From: Ostreococcus lucimarinus
Lineage: Eukaryota
Reading direction: 5' to 3' (one strand)
DNA length: 64,000 nucleotides
NCBI GenBank assembly: GCA_000092065.1
Contig: CP000595.1
Within the stretch, counting starts at the first letter, position 1; every line of letters starts with the position of its first letter. Made by a program: the position numbers and the translations under genes. The notes beneath the pieces are model-generated. The model was not told the DNA's origin, searched no databases, and saw only the letters and a list, made by a program, of their open reading frames with translations. Positions 33,767 through 42,441 of the stretch are shown here, in pieces.

Positions 33767-35241
33767 CGCGCGGCGCGAGGCTGCTGCTGCTCGATCGCGG
33801 CGGATGCGCGAAGACGGTCGAGCGCGTGGAGCGCGTGACGCGGCGGGCGTCGGTGTACGGCGCGCGGGAGAGCGCGCTGGGGGCGCTGGAGGCGCTGGGG
33901 GCGCGGACGGCGACGGCGAGCGTCGCGGCGTGCGACGCCGAGTCGAAGACGTTGACGCTGGACGACGGCGCGCGCGTGCGGTACGGCGCGCTGTGCGTCG
34001 CCACGGGGGCGACGCCGCGATGTCCGCTGCCGGAGGCGAGCGATGGAGCGGTCGACGCGCACGAGGTGCGAGACGTGGAGAGCGCGGACGCGCTGGCGAG
34101 ACGGTTGAGCTCGATGACGGCGACGGCGAGCGCGGATTCGGATTCAAAGACGAAACGGATCGCGATCGCGGGGAACGGAGGGATCGCGCTCGAGCTCGTC
34201 GACGCGCTCTGTGTGCGAGGTTTGCGCGCGCGAGGGTTGGAGGCGTGCGAATTGGTGTGGTTGGTGAAACACGGCGAAGTCGGCGACGCCTTTTTCGACG
34301 TCGACGCCGCGGATTTCTTGCTGCGCGCGCTCGACGCGAGACGGCGAGACGGCGAGGCGAAAGACGACGACGGCGCGGACGTGGACTGGGACTCACCGAC
34401 GCCCGAACGCGGTGCCGGACGATCGACGAAGAAGCGCGCGCGAGGGCGCGAATCAGGCGCCGCCGCCGGTCCGGATTGGCTCGACAGATTTAGAGCGAAG
34501 AGCGCGGCGGACGACGCGCGCGCGCCTCTCAGCCGCATGAAGCTTCGCGTGCTGAAAAATGTGTGCATACGCGAAGCGCGTAAAGACGCAAACACCGGCG
34601 TCAACGTATTGACGCTGAGCGATGGGACGACGATCGAGGTGGACGCCGTCGTCGCCGCCGCGGGCGTCGAGCCGAGATGCGATTGGCTCGACGAAGTCGC
34701 CGCGCCGAGGTCGAAATCAGACGGCGGTATACTCGTCGATGCGTGCATGCGCACCGTAGGACCGTACGGCGACTCAATATTTGCCGTCGGCGACGCGTGC
34801 ACGATGTCGGCGCGCGCGTCGAACCCAGAGACGCCGTGGTTTCAAATGCGACTGTGGAGCCAGGCGGCGCAAACAGGCGCCTTCGCCGCGAAAGTCGCCG
34901 TGGGCGTCTGCGACGCCGACGCCCTCGGATTCAATTTCGAAATCTTTACCCACGTCACCAGGTTTTTCGGTCTCAAAGTCATCTTGCTCGGGCTGTACAA
35001 CGCCCAGAAGCTCGACGACGTCCCGGCGAACGAGGTGACGACGTACCAGCGCGAGTCGCTCGCCGACGCGACGTACGTGCGCGTGCTCCTCGTCCGCGGT
35101 CGCATGATGGGCGCCGTGCTCGTCGGCGACACCGATCTCGAGGAAACTTTCGAAAACCTAATCTTAGACGGCGTCGATCTATCGCGTTTCGGTCCGAGTT
35201 TACTCGATCCCGAGCTCGACTTGGAGGATTATTTCGACTGA
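33517..35241 (+). CDS. PYROXD1: PYROXD1-like FAD/NAD(P)-dependent pyridine nucleotide-disulfide oxidoreductase, copy A
   Basis: FDVVVCGAGAAGTSFA Rossmann motif, IAGNGGIALELV, GPDW and VGDACTMS. The C-terminal RGRMMGAVLVGDTDLEETFENLILDGVDLSRFGPSLLDPELDLEDYFD matches the conserved PYROXD1 C-terminus. It carries a (GD)6 insert encoded by (GGCGAC)6. The start is taken at the first Met inside the repeat, because upstream ORF sequence is antisense to GWD. Confidence 0.8.
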
Positions 35242-35323
35242 CGCGACGCGCGAGACGAGCGAGAAACGAATGAAATCAAATGACAATCAACCCTAGACAA
35301 CTACCACCGTCCGACGCCCGCGC

Positions 35324-35727
35324 TCAGTGCGGTTTCGGCACGAACCCGTCCACCGCGAAATTCCGCGTCGCGCGCGGTAAAATCACGACGCATCCCTCCA
35401 ACGCTCCGCGCTCCAGCGTCACCTGACACCCCAACCTCGACGTCGCCGTCAACCCGTACGCCAAATCTAACATGTCGTTCTCGTCGTCGCACGCCTCCGG
35501 CAGCGTCTCGAACACTTTTTCGTCCTCGAACACGACGTGGCACGTGGAACACGCGAGCGAGCCCTCGCACGCGCCCTCGAGCTCGACGTCGTGCCGGTGC
35601 GCCGTCTCCAGCAGGTTCTCGCCAATCAATCCGCGCACCGCGCGTCGCTCACCGTCGCGCTCGACGAACGTCACCTCGATCGAGTTCTCGGGCGTGAGTT
35701 TCGTCTTTTTGTCCGCGCCGTGCGCGA
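35324..35727 (-). pseudogene. 3' fragment of the adrenodoxin-type 2Fe-2S ferredoxin gene, truncated at the duplication boundary
   Basis: Encodes ...VTFVERDGERRAVRGLIGENLLETAHRHDVELEGACEGSLACSTCHVVFEDE...CQVTLERG... identical to the C-terminal two-thirds of the 42442-43047 gene. Homology stops at 35727, upstream of which the presequence is missing. Confidence 0.7.
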
Positions 35728-36283
35728 CCGTGATCCCGGCTCGTCCACGTGGCGCGTACGAATAAGAATGAGAATGAGAATGCGCGGCGATCGAGCGTCT
35801 TCGTTCGCGCGGTCGCGTCCCCGCGCTCGGCCGCTCGTGCGTTCGCGCGCGTTCGCGGTCGAGTCGATCACCGGACGACGCGTTCGTTCGCGCGTCGTCG
35901 AGTGCGGCGACCGAGGGCCGTCGCGCCCGGTGATGCGATGTCCACGTGGGATCGTGGAATATCTGGCTGTGTGCGTAAACAGTGACGGGGGGCTTCTCGG
36001 ATCGACCCCGCGGCCCGTGGGGAGAGGGGCATGGTGTTGGATGGTGTGTACGCGAAACGTGTGTGCATCATACGTATATTGACCCAAAGGTATCTATCAC
36101 GTGTAAAGGTACTAATGTGTGTGTGAAATTCAATGATGGGTCATGACTCGAGAACGGGGGGGGGAGGCACACCCGGGATGCGCGCCGATTCTTATCGACA
36201 GAGGAGGACGAGGAGGACGATTGGCGCGCGCGTCGCGTTCGATGGAAAACCGATGTCGTATGACAAACAGATAAAAACGTTAT

Positions 36284-37702
36284 TTAGTGCGCGTGCCCGT
36301 GCGAGTGGCCGCCGCCGCCGCCGGCTGTGCAGTGCTTGTGGTTGAGGAGCACGAGACTGACGGCGACGACGCCGACGACGAACGTCAAGAGGCTCGCCGC
36401 GCGAAGACGAGACGTAGTGGCGCTCACCGAAACTCGCGGCATACACTCCGCGGCAGCGATTTGTAGATAGATTCCAGCGCCAAAGGCGAGCAAAAGTCCG
36501 TGCCAGAAGTCGTTGTTACTTCCAGATCCAACGCTGATGAGAACGCCGAGGATGACGCTCACGCCGGAGATGAAGTTCATGAACAGCGAGCGAAACGGCG
36601 TGAGATCGCCCTGGAAGGGATCCGTGAGTACCAAATAGTCGGCGAGCTCTTGCGCGATTTCGTGATAGACGGTCGCGGCGGTGATCGACCATCCCATGGT
36701 CTTTCCACAGTTCAGGAAACCGAATCCGATGAAGATGCCATCCACGAGGTTGTGCATGAAATCTCCGAGGATGATGCCGCTTCGAACGCGATACTTGTGC
36801 GAGTGGCACGTTTCGCAATCTTCTTGAACGCCTTTGATCGCGTTCTCCGCGTCGATCGTCTTCGTCTCGGCTAAACGAGAAGGGAACGCGATGGAGATGC
36901 CCAAATCGATGATGTACGCCACGAGAAAGCCAAAGACGGACGCGGACGCCCACCACGCGGTTTGTTGCGACTCATCCGAACCGGCGGGTTTGATCAAATG
37001 CGTGGCTTCGTACAACATCAGATAGAACGCAGCCGAAAGAAGTGCACCGGCGGCAAAGGAGTTAATGATGCAACTCACGAATTCGGGGTACGCTTTCTGC
37101 TTCTTCGCGAAGCTCGGAGAGAGAAAGATGACGCCGGAAAGCGTGACGATGTTGACGATGATCGCCGCCCCGATGGCGTCGGACCACGGTTTTGATTTCT
37201 TTGTAGTCACCGTTTCGGGAAGCGAAGCCACTGGCTCCACGTCATCCCCGTTGACATCCTTGAGATAGTGCGTATCGCGCTCGAACTCGGTGGGAACGTG
37301 CTCGGCGAAAATCGAGACGGCGGCGACGCCAGTCGTATCAATCTTAAACGACGACGTGTGCCAAGCGTTATCAAATTGAAGTTTGACGCATCCACTCCCG
37401 GGCGTCAAAACGCTGTTTCGCGTTTTAACCGTCGTGCACGCCGTCTCGAGCGCGGCCTCGCCCGCGTCCTCGCGAGCCTCGAGCTCTTCGTGTCCGGCGG
37501 CGGTTTCGGCGTAGATGACCATCTTCATGGTCGCGTCCGCGTACTGGTCCTTCACCTTTTCCGCCTGCCACACGTACGCATCGTCCGGAGTCTCAAAGAT
37601 CCCCGCCCATTCGAACGAGTGCGCGTGCGCGCCGGACGCGAGCGCGCCGCGCGCCGCGAGCGCGCTCGAGACGACCGCCGCGCCTCCGAGCGCGGCGCCC
37701 AT
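36284..37702 (-). CDS. ZIP family (LIV-1/KE4-like subfamily) zinc/metal transporter
   Basis: HEIAQELADYLVL (HExPHExGD motif), GDFMHNLVDGIFIGFGF, a C-terminal His-rich GGGGGHSHGHAH tail, and the signal-peptide-like MGAALGGAAVVSSALAARGALASGAHAHS. The start is chosen at that Met. Upstream in-frame Mets exist. Confidence 0.8.
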   Translation of the reverse strand: MGAALGGAAVVSSALAARGALASGAHAHSFEWAGIFETPDDAYVWQAEKVKDQYADATMKMVIYAETAAGHEELEAREDAGEAALETACTTVKTRNSVLTPGSGCVKLQFDNAWHTSSFKIDTTGVAAVSIFAEHVPTEFERDTHYLKDVNGDDVEPVASLPETVTTKKSKPWSDAIGAAIIVNIVTLSGVIFLSPSFAKKQKAYPEFVSCIINSFAAGALLSAAFYLMLYEATHLIKPAGSDESQQTAWWASASVFGFLVAYIIDLGISIAFPSRLAETKTIDAENAIKGVQEDCETCHSHKYRVRSGIILGDFMHNLVDGIFIGFGFLNCGKTMGWSITAATVYHEIAQELADYLVLTDPFQGDLTPFRSLFMNFISGVSVILGVLISVGSGSNNDFWHGLLLAFGAGIYLQIAAAECMPRVSVSATTSRLRAASLLTFVVGVVAVSLVLLNHKHCTAGGGGGHSHGHAH

Positions 37703-37943
37703 CCTCCATCCGCCTCCTCGTCGTCGTCGTCGTCGTCCCGCGCCCGCGGTCGCGTCTCGCGTCGTCATCGCGTCGCGCATCGTCTCGTCTATCGTCTCGT
37801 GCATCGTCTCGTTCGTCGTCGTCGTCGTCGTCGCGCGTCGTCGAGTGCGGCGACCGCGCGCGCCGGCATCGCGACGAGACGACTCGAACCGGCGCGAGGG
37901 GGGTACTTCTCGAGTCATGACTCGATATTCATGAGAACACCAT

Positions 37944-37971
37944 GTGTCGACACCTCGCGAGGTGTCGACAC
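37944..37971. promoter_or_regulatory. 28-bp perfect palindrome GTGTCGACACCTCGCGAGGTGTCGACAC holding two exact ZDRE-type motifs (RTGTCGACAY) in the ZIP/bZIP divergent promoter
   Basis: Read directly. Its reverse complement equals itself. It lies 242 bp upstream of the ZIP ATG (37702, minus strand) and 47 bp upstream of the bZIP ATG (38018). A second palindrome CGAGTCATGACTCG with TGACTC half-sites is at 37911-37924. Confidence 0.65.
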
Positions 37972-38017
37972 GCGTGTCTTCGTACGTCCGCGCGCGACGA
38001 CGACGACGACGACGAGG

Positions 38018-38680
38018 ATGACGACCGTCGGCGGCGCCGCGCGACGTGACGATCGAGGCTCGGCGTTGCCTCCGCGATGCGTCGAGATCGCGCGCGAGTC
38101 GCCGTCGGCGTCGCCGTCTCGAAGGAAAACGCCCGCGAACGATCGCGCCGTCAATCGCGCCGCCGTGCGACGGTACCGCGAGCGCAAACGAATGGACGAG
38201 AAGGAGAGAATCGAGGAGTGCGAACGGTTGCGCGGGGAGAACGAGACGTTGAGACTGGCGTTGGAGACGTCACGAGCGGAGTTGAAACATTCGAGGTGGT
38301 TGTTGCGCGTCGTCGCGTGGAAGTACGACTTAGACTTGGCGGATATTCCGACGGAGAAACCGTCGACGTCGACGATGCCGCAAGGGAGGGTGAGAGGAAG
38401 CGATGCAAACGCGGTGTTTCCCGCGGGTGGGGTCCCCGCGCGGAACGACATCGCGCGACCGTTCGCCGCGCGCGGCGTCGCCGAGACGCGGCCTCGGAAA
38501 ATTCCTCGCGCAGCCGACGACGACGCGAAACCGGCGGGCGCGCCTGATGAACTCGAGCTCAAAGATTTCTTGGAGGAATACTTCACGCACGGCGACGCGT
38601 GCCCGTGCTACGAGATCACGGACGCGGACGCGCGCGCGGCGCCGACGCGCGGCGCCGACGCGCGGCACGCGTGGTTCTAG
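38018..38680 (+). CDS. bZIP-like transcription factor, paralog 1, with a C-terminal Cys motif (FLEEYFTHGDACPCYE)
   Basis: Basic region NRAAVRRYRERKR (N-x7-R), then the zipper EECERLRGENETLRLALETSRAELKHSRWLL. It aligns along its length with the second bZIP at 58700-59194, including the FLxEfxxHxDxxCPC tail. Confidence 0.6.
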   Translation: MTTVGGAARRDDRGSALPPRCVEIARESPSASPSRRKTPANDRAVNRAAVRRYRERKRMDEKERIEECERLRGENETLRLALETSRAELKHSRWLLRVVAWKYDLDLADIPTEKPSTSTMPQGRVRGSDANAVFPAGGVPARNDIARPFAARGVAETRPRKIPRAADDDAKPAGAPDELELKDFLEEYFTHGDACPCYEITDADARAAPTRGADARHAWF

Positions 38681-38850
38681 GTATGACGACACATTTACGT
38701 CACACGGTGAAACGTTTTACGCTTCTAATATTATATTATAAAGTTAGTCAACCTATATAGTTACACGCACCACATGATGTCACACGTGATGTGCACACGC
38801 GTATGTATTCGTACTGTGAGTACAATAAGCCTAACATTGTGTAAAATCCC

Positions 38851-40167
38851 GTGCCCACGATGATCGCGCGTGTCGACACGAACAGACGGTTGGCCGAAAA
38901 GGCGAAAGGGTCGGCGGCTGTCGTCATCTCTCGACGAACGTTGGCGCTCGACATGGCGGACGAGCAAGACCAGACCTCGCGCGTGCCGGTGACCATTCTC
39001 ACCGGATTTCTCGGTTCCGGGAAGACGACGCTCCTCAATGAAATCTTGGAATCCGAAACGCACGGATTGCGCTTCGCGGTGATTGAAAATGAATTCGGAG
39101 AGGTGGGCGTCGACGAGAGGATTCTGTCGGAGAAGGCGGACGAAGAGATCATCGAGGTCATGAACGGTTGCATCTGCTGCACGGTGCGCGGTGATCTCGT
39201 GGTGGCGCTGAAAAAGCTCTACTCGAAGATCGCGCAGTTCGACGCCGTCATCATCGAGACGACGGGTTTGGCGGATCCGGCGCCGGTGGCGCAGACGTTC
39301 TTCGTCGACGATGACATTCGAGAAAAGTTTGTGCTCGACGGAATCATCACGGTCACGGACGCGAAGCACATCCTCACGCGGCTCGATGATGAAAAACCCG
39401 AGGGTGTGGAGAATGAAGCCGCCGAACAGGTCGCTTTTGCCGATCGGATACTCCTCAACAAGACCGACTTGGTGTCCGAAGACGAACTCGAAACCATCAC
39501 GGGCCGGATCAAGCAAATTAATCCGAGCGCCGATATCTTCCGATGCCAGTATTCCAAGGTTGATCCGAAAAATTTGATCGGAATCAATTCCTTCTCGCTC
39601 GAGAAGACCTTAAAAATGGATCCCGAATTCCTCAACACGGAGGGCGAGCATGAACACGACCCAACCGTGTCTTCGACGAGCACAAAATTCTCTGGGCACC
39701 TCAACATCAATAAATTAGAACGCTGGATAGGCGAAATAATTCAAACAATGGGTGCGGACTTGTTTCGGTACAAGGGTGTTCTTTCCGTTGCGGGCATGGA
39801 TCAAAAGTTTGTTTTCCAGGGCGTCGGCATGCTTTTCTCCGGCGGCTTCGTCGACGCCAAGTGGGGAGCCGACGAGGAGCGCGAATGCCGCTTCGTCTTC
39901 ATCGGTAAAAATCTGGACAAAGACGCCCTCATCAACGGTTTCATGGATTGCAAGTGTTCCTCGAAGCTTCGCTTCAAGGTGGGCGACGCGGTTCTCGCGC
40001 AGGTGGGCGCCGCCGACAACGACGGCTACTGCCGCGGCACCGTCCGTAAGACGTGGGACTCGGGCAACCCGTACCAGATCGAACTTGAAGACGGTAAAAA
40101 GACAAAAGTGTGGGGACCCGTCGACGAAGACGAGTTCGTCAAAGCTTCGCTCAGCGCCACCGCGTAA
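38851..40167 (+). CDS. COG0523/CobW-family GTPase (ZNG1-like zinc metallochaperone family)
   Basis: ILTGFLGSGKTTLLNEIL (P-loop), GCICCTVRGDL (CxCC metal motif), DAVIIETTGLADP and a CobW_C-like C-terminus. An exact ZDRE GTGTCGACAC at 38870-38879 lies inside the first annotated codons, so the true start is probably the Met at 38953 (MADEQDQTSRVPVTILTGF). Confidence 0.8.
   Translation: MPTMIARVDTNRRLAEKAKGSAAVVISRRTLALDMADEQDQTSRVPVTILTGFLGSGKTTLLNEILESETHGLRFAVIENEFGEVGVDERILSEKADEEIIEVMNGCICCTVRGDLVVALKKLYSKIAQFDAVIIETTGLADPAPVAQTFFVDDDIREKFVLDGIITVTDAKHILTRLDDEKPEGVENEAAEQVAFADRILLNKTDLVSEDELETITGRIKQINPSADIFRCQYSKVDPKNLIGINSFSLEKTLKMDPEFLNTEGEHEHDPTVSSTSTKFSGHLNINKLERWIGEIIQTMGADLFRYKGVLSVAGMDQKFVFQGVGMLFSGGFVDAKWGADEERECRFVFIGKNLDKDALINGFMDCKCSSKLRFKVGDAVLAQVGAADNDGYCRGTVRKTWDSGNPYQIELEDGKKTKVWGPVDEDEFVKASLSATA
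38870..38879. promoter_or_regulatory. ZDRE-type motif GTGTCGACAC at the 5' end of the COG0523 gene
   Basis: Exact match to RTGTCGACAY. It is 74-83 bp upstream of the alternative start at 38953. Confidence 0.5.
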
Positions 40168-40317
40168 ATGTCGTTTTGTATGAAATCAAATCAAAATTTT
40201 GACCAGTCATGAACCTTCGTGTACACACTCCTCCTTTAGCGCGAACACACACGCATAGTATAGATACAAAAAGACAAGGTAAAACCCATCCAACGCACTC
40301 GCACCGGCTCGCCGGCT

Positions 40318-40492
40318 CGCCTCGTCCGACGCGCGCGCGCGTCCCGGCGTCGATCGCGCCGCGCGCCGTGGATAGCGTTCCTCGCGAAGATCGCGTCGCG
40401 CGGCGCGCCGTCGCGCGGTCGATCGTCGCGCGCGCCGCGTCCGCGCGCGCGAACGTCGCGCGCGTCGCGTCGCGCGCGAGAGAGACGCGCAT
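40318..40492 (-). pseudogene. Duplicated 5' fragment of the GWD gene: promoter-proximal sequence and the first 57 codons, with no downstream GWD sequence
   Basis: ORF 40151-40492 begins MRVSLARDATRATFARADAARATIDRATARRATRSSRGTLSTARGAIDAGTRARVGRG, identical to the GWD N-terminus. It diverges at the repeat edge and runs antisense into the last 17 nt of the COG0523 gene. Confidence 0.7.
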
Positions 40493-40634
40493 CGCGCGCG
40501 CGCGCGTCGTCGGTCGCGGTGTGACGATTCGCTTCGACGAATCGAATCGTCAGAGCGCGACGCCGCGCCGCGCGGACGCGTCGACGCGCGGCGCGACGCG
40601 ACGGCGACGCGCGCGGTCCTCCGCGGCGTTTCGC

Positions 40635-40844
40635 ATGTGCGGCGCGTGCCGCGCGCGGCGCGCGAGCGCGAGAGAGACGACGACGCGCGCGGAATTCTGC
40701 GCGCCGTGTCGCGACGGCGCGAGAGCGACGACGACGCGCGCGACGCGCGTCGCGGACGGGGCGTCGTTCGACGTCGTCGTGTGCGGCGCGGGCGCGGCGG
40801 GGACGTCGTTCGCGCGGACGTACCTGGAGACGACGGCGCGGGGT

Positions 40845-40884
<40 letters not shown>

Positions 40885-42359
40885 CGCGCGGCGCGAGGCT
40901 GCTGCTGCTCGATCGCGGCGGATGCGCGAAGACGGTCGAGCGCGTGGAGCGCGTGACGCGGCGGGCGTCGGTGTACGGCGCGCGGGAGGACGCGCTGGGG
41001 GCGCTGGAGGCGCTGGGGGCGCGGACGGCGACGGCGAGCGTCGCGGCGTGCGACGCCGAGTCGAAGACGTTGACGCTGGACGACGGCGCGCGCGTGCGGT
41101 ACGGCGCGCTGTGCGTCGCCACGGGGGCGACGCCGCGATGTCCACTGCCGGAGGCGAGCGATGGAGCGGTCGACGCGCACGAGGTGCGAGACGTGGAGAG
41201 CGCGGACGCGCTGGCGAGACGGTTGAGCTCGATGACGGCGACGGCGAGCGCGGATTCGGATTCAAAGACGAAACGGATCGCGATCGCGGGGAACGGAGGG
41301 ATCGCGCTCGAGCTCGTCGACGCGCTATGTGTGCGAGGTTTGCGCGCGCGAGGGTTGGAGGCGTGTGAATTGGTGTGGTTGGTGAAACACGGCGAAGTCG
41401 GCGACGCCTTTTTCGACGTCGACGCCGCGGATTTCTTGCTGCGCGCGCTCGACGCGAGACGGCGAGACGGCGAGGCGAAAGACGACGACGGCGCGGACGT
41501 GGACTGGGACTCACCGACGCCCGAACGCGGTGCCGGACGATCGACGAAGAAGCGCGCGCGAGGGCGCGAATCAGGCGCCGCCGCCGGTCCGGATTGGCTC
41601 GACAGATTTAGAGCGAAGAGCGCGGCGGACGACGCGCGCGCGCCTCTCAGCCGCATGAAGCTTCGCGTGCTGAAAAATGTGTGCATACGCGAAGCGCGTA
41701 AAGACGCAAACACCGGCGTCAACGTATTGACGCTGAGCGATGGGACGACGATCGAGGTGGACGCCGTCGTCGCCGCCGCGGGCGTCGAGCCGAGATGCGA
41801 TTGGCTCGACGAAGTCGCCGCGCCGAGGTCGAAATCAGACGGCGGTATACTCGTCGATGCGTGCATGCGCACCGTAGGACCGTACGGCGACTCAATATTT
41901 GCCGTCGGCGACGCGTGCACGATGTCGGCGCGCGCGTCGAACCCAGAGACGCCGTGGTTTCAAATGCGACTGTGGAGCCAGGCGGCGCAAACAGGCGCCT
42001 TCGCCGCGAAAGTCGCCGCGGGCGTCTGCGACGCCGACGCCCTCGGATTCAATTTCGAAATCTTTACCCACGTCACCAGGTTTTTCGGTCTCAAAGTCAT
42101 CTTGCTCGGGCTGTACAACGCCCAGAAGCTCGACGACGTCCCGGCGAACGAGGTGACGACGTACCAGCGCGAGTCGCTCGCCGACGCGACGTACGTGCGC
42201 GTGCTCCTCGTCCGCGGTCGCATGATGGGCGCCGTGCTCGTCGGCGACACCGATCTCGAGGAAACTTTCGAAAACCTAATCTTAGACGGCGTCGATCTAT
42301 CGCGTTTCGGTCCGAGTTTACTCGATCCCGAGCTCGACTTGGAGGATTATTTCGACTGA
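40635..42359 (+). CDS. PYROXD1: PYROXD1-like oxidoreductase, copy B
   Basis: Identical to copy A apart from two amino-acid substitutions noted on inspection (E/D and V/A). Confidence 0.8.
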
Positions 42360-42441
42360 CGCGACGCGCGAGACGAGCGAGAAACGAATGAAATCAAATG
42401 ACAATCAACCCTAGACAACTACCACCGTCCGACGCCCGCGC

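Larger units (their letters stand above)
33200..35727. repeat. Segmental duplication copy A, 2528 bp, >99% identical to copy B at 40318-42845
   Basis: Base-by-base comparison gives an offset of 7118. Identity breaks at 33199/40317 and 35728/42846, and only a few substitutions were seen inside. Confidence 0.9.

Noticed and set aside
32882-34802. Long Arg/Ala/Ser-rich minus-strand ORFs (504 aa and 456 aa) over the PYROXD1 gene, with twins at 40207-41920
   Set aside because: They are antisense to a well-supported PYROXD1 CDS and consist of RRRR/SSSS-type low-complexity sequence typical of stop-poor GC-rich DNA.
37268-38017. N-terminal 250 aa of the 470-aa plus-strand ORF that ends as the bZIP
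   Set aside because: The upstream part is antisense to the ZIP1 CDS and is Arg/Ser low-complexity. The first plausible start is the ATG at 38018, after the shared promoter palindromes.
38690-38850. ATGTCACACGTGAT in the COG0523 upstream AT-rich region, considered as a ZDRE
   Set aside because: It deviates from RTGTCGACAY at two core positions. The exact ZDRE for this gene is instead the one at 38870-38879. The CACGTG core here may still be a generic G-box.
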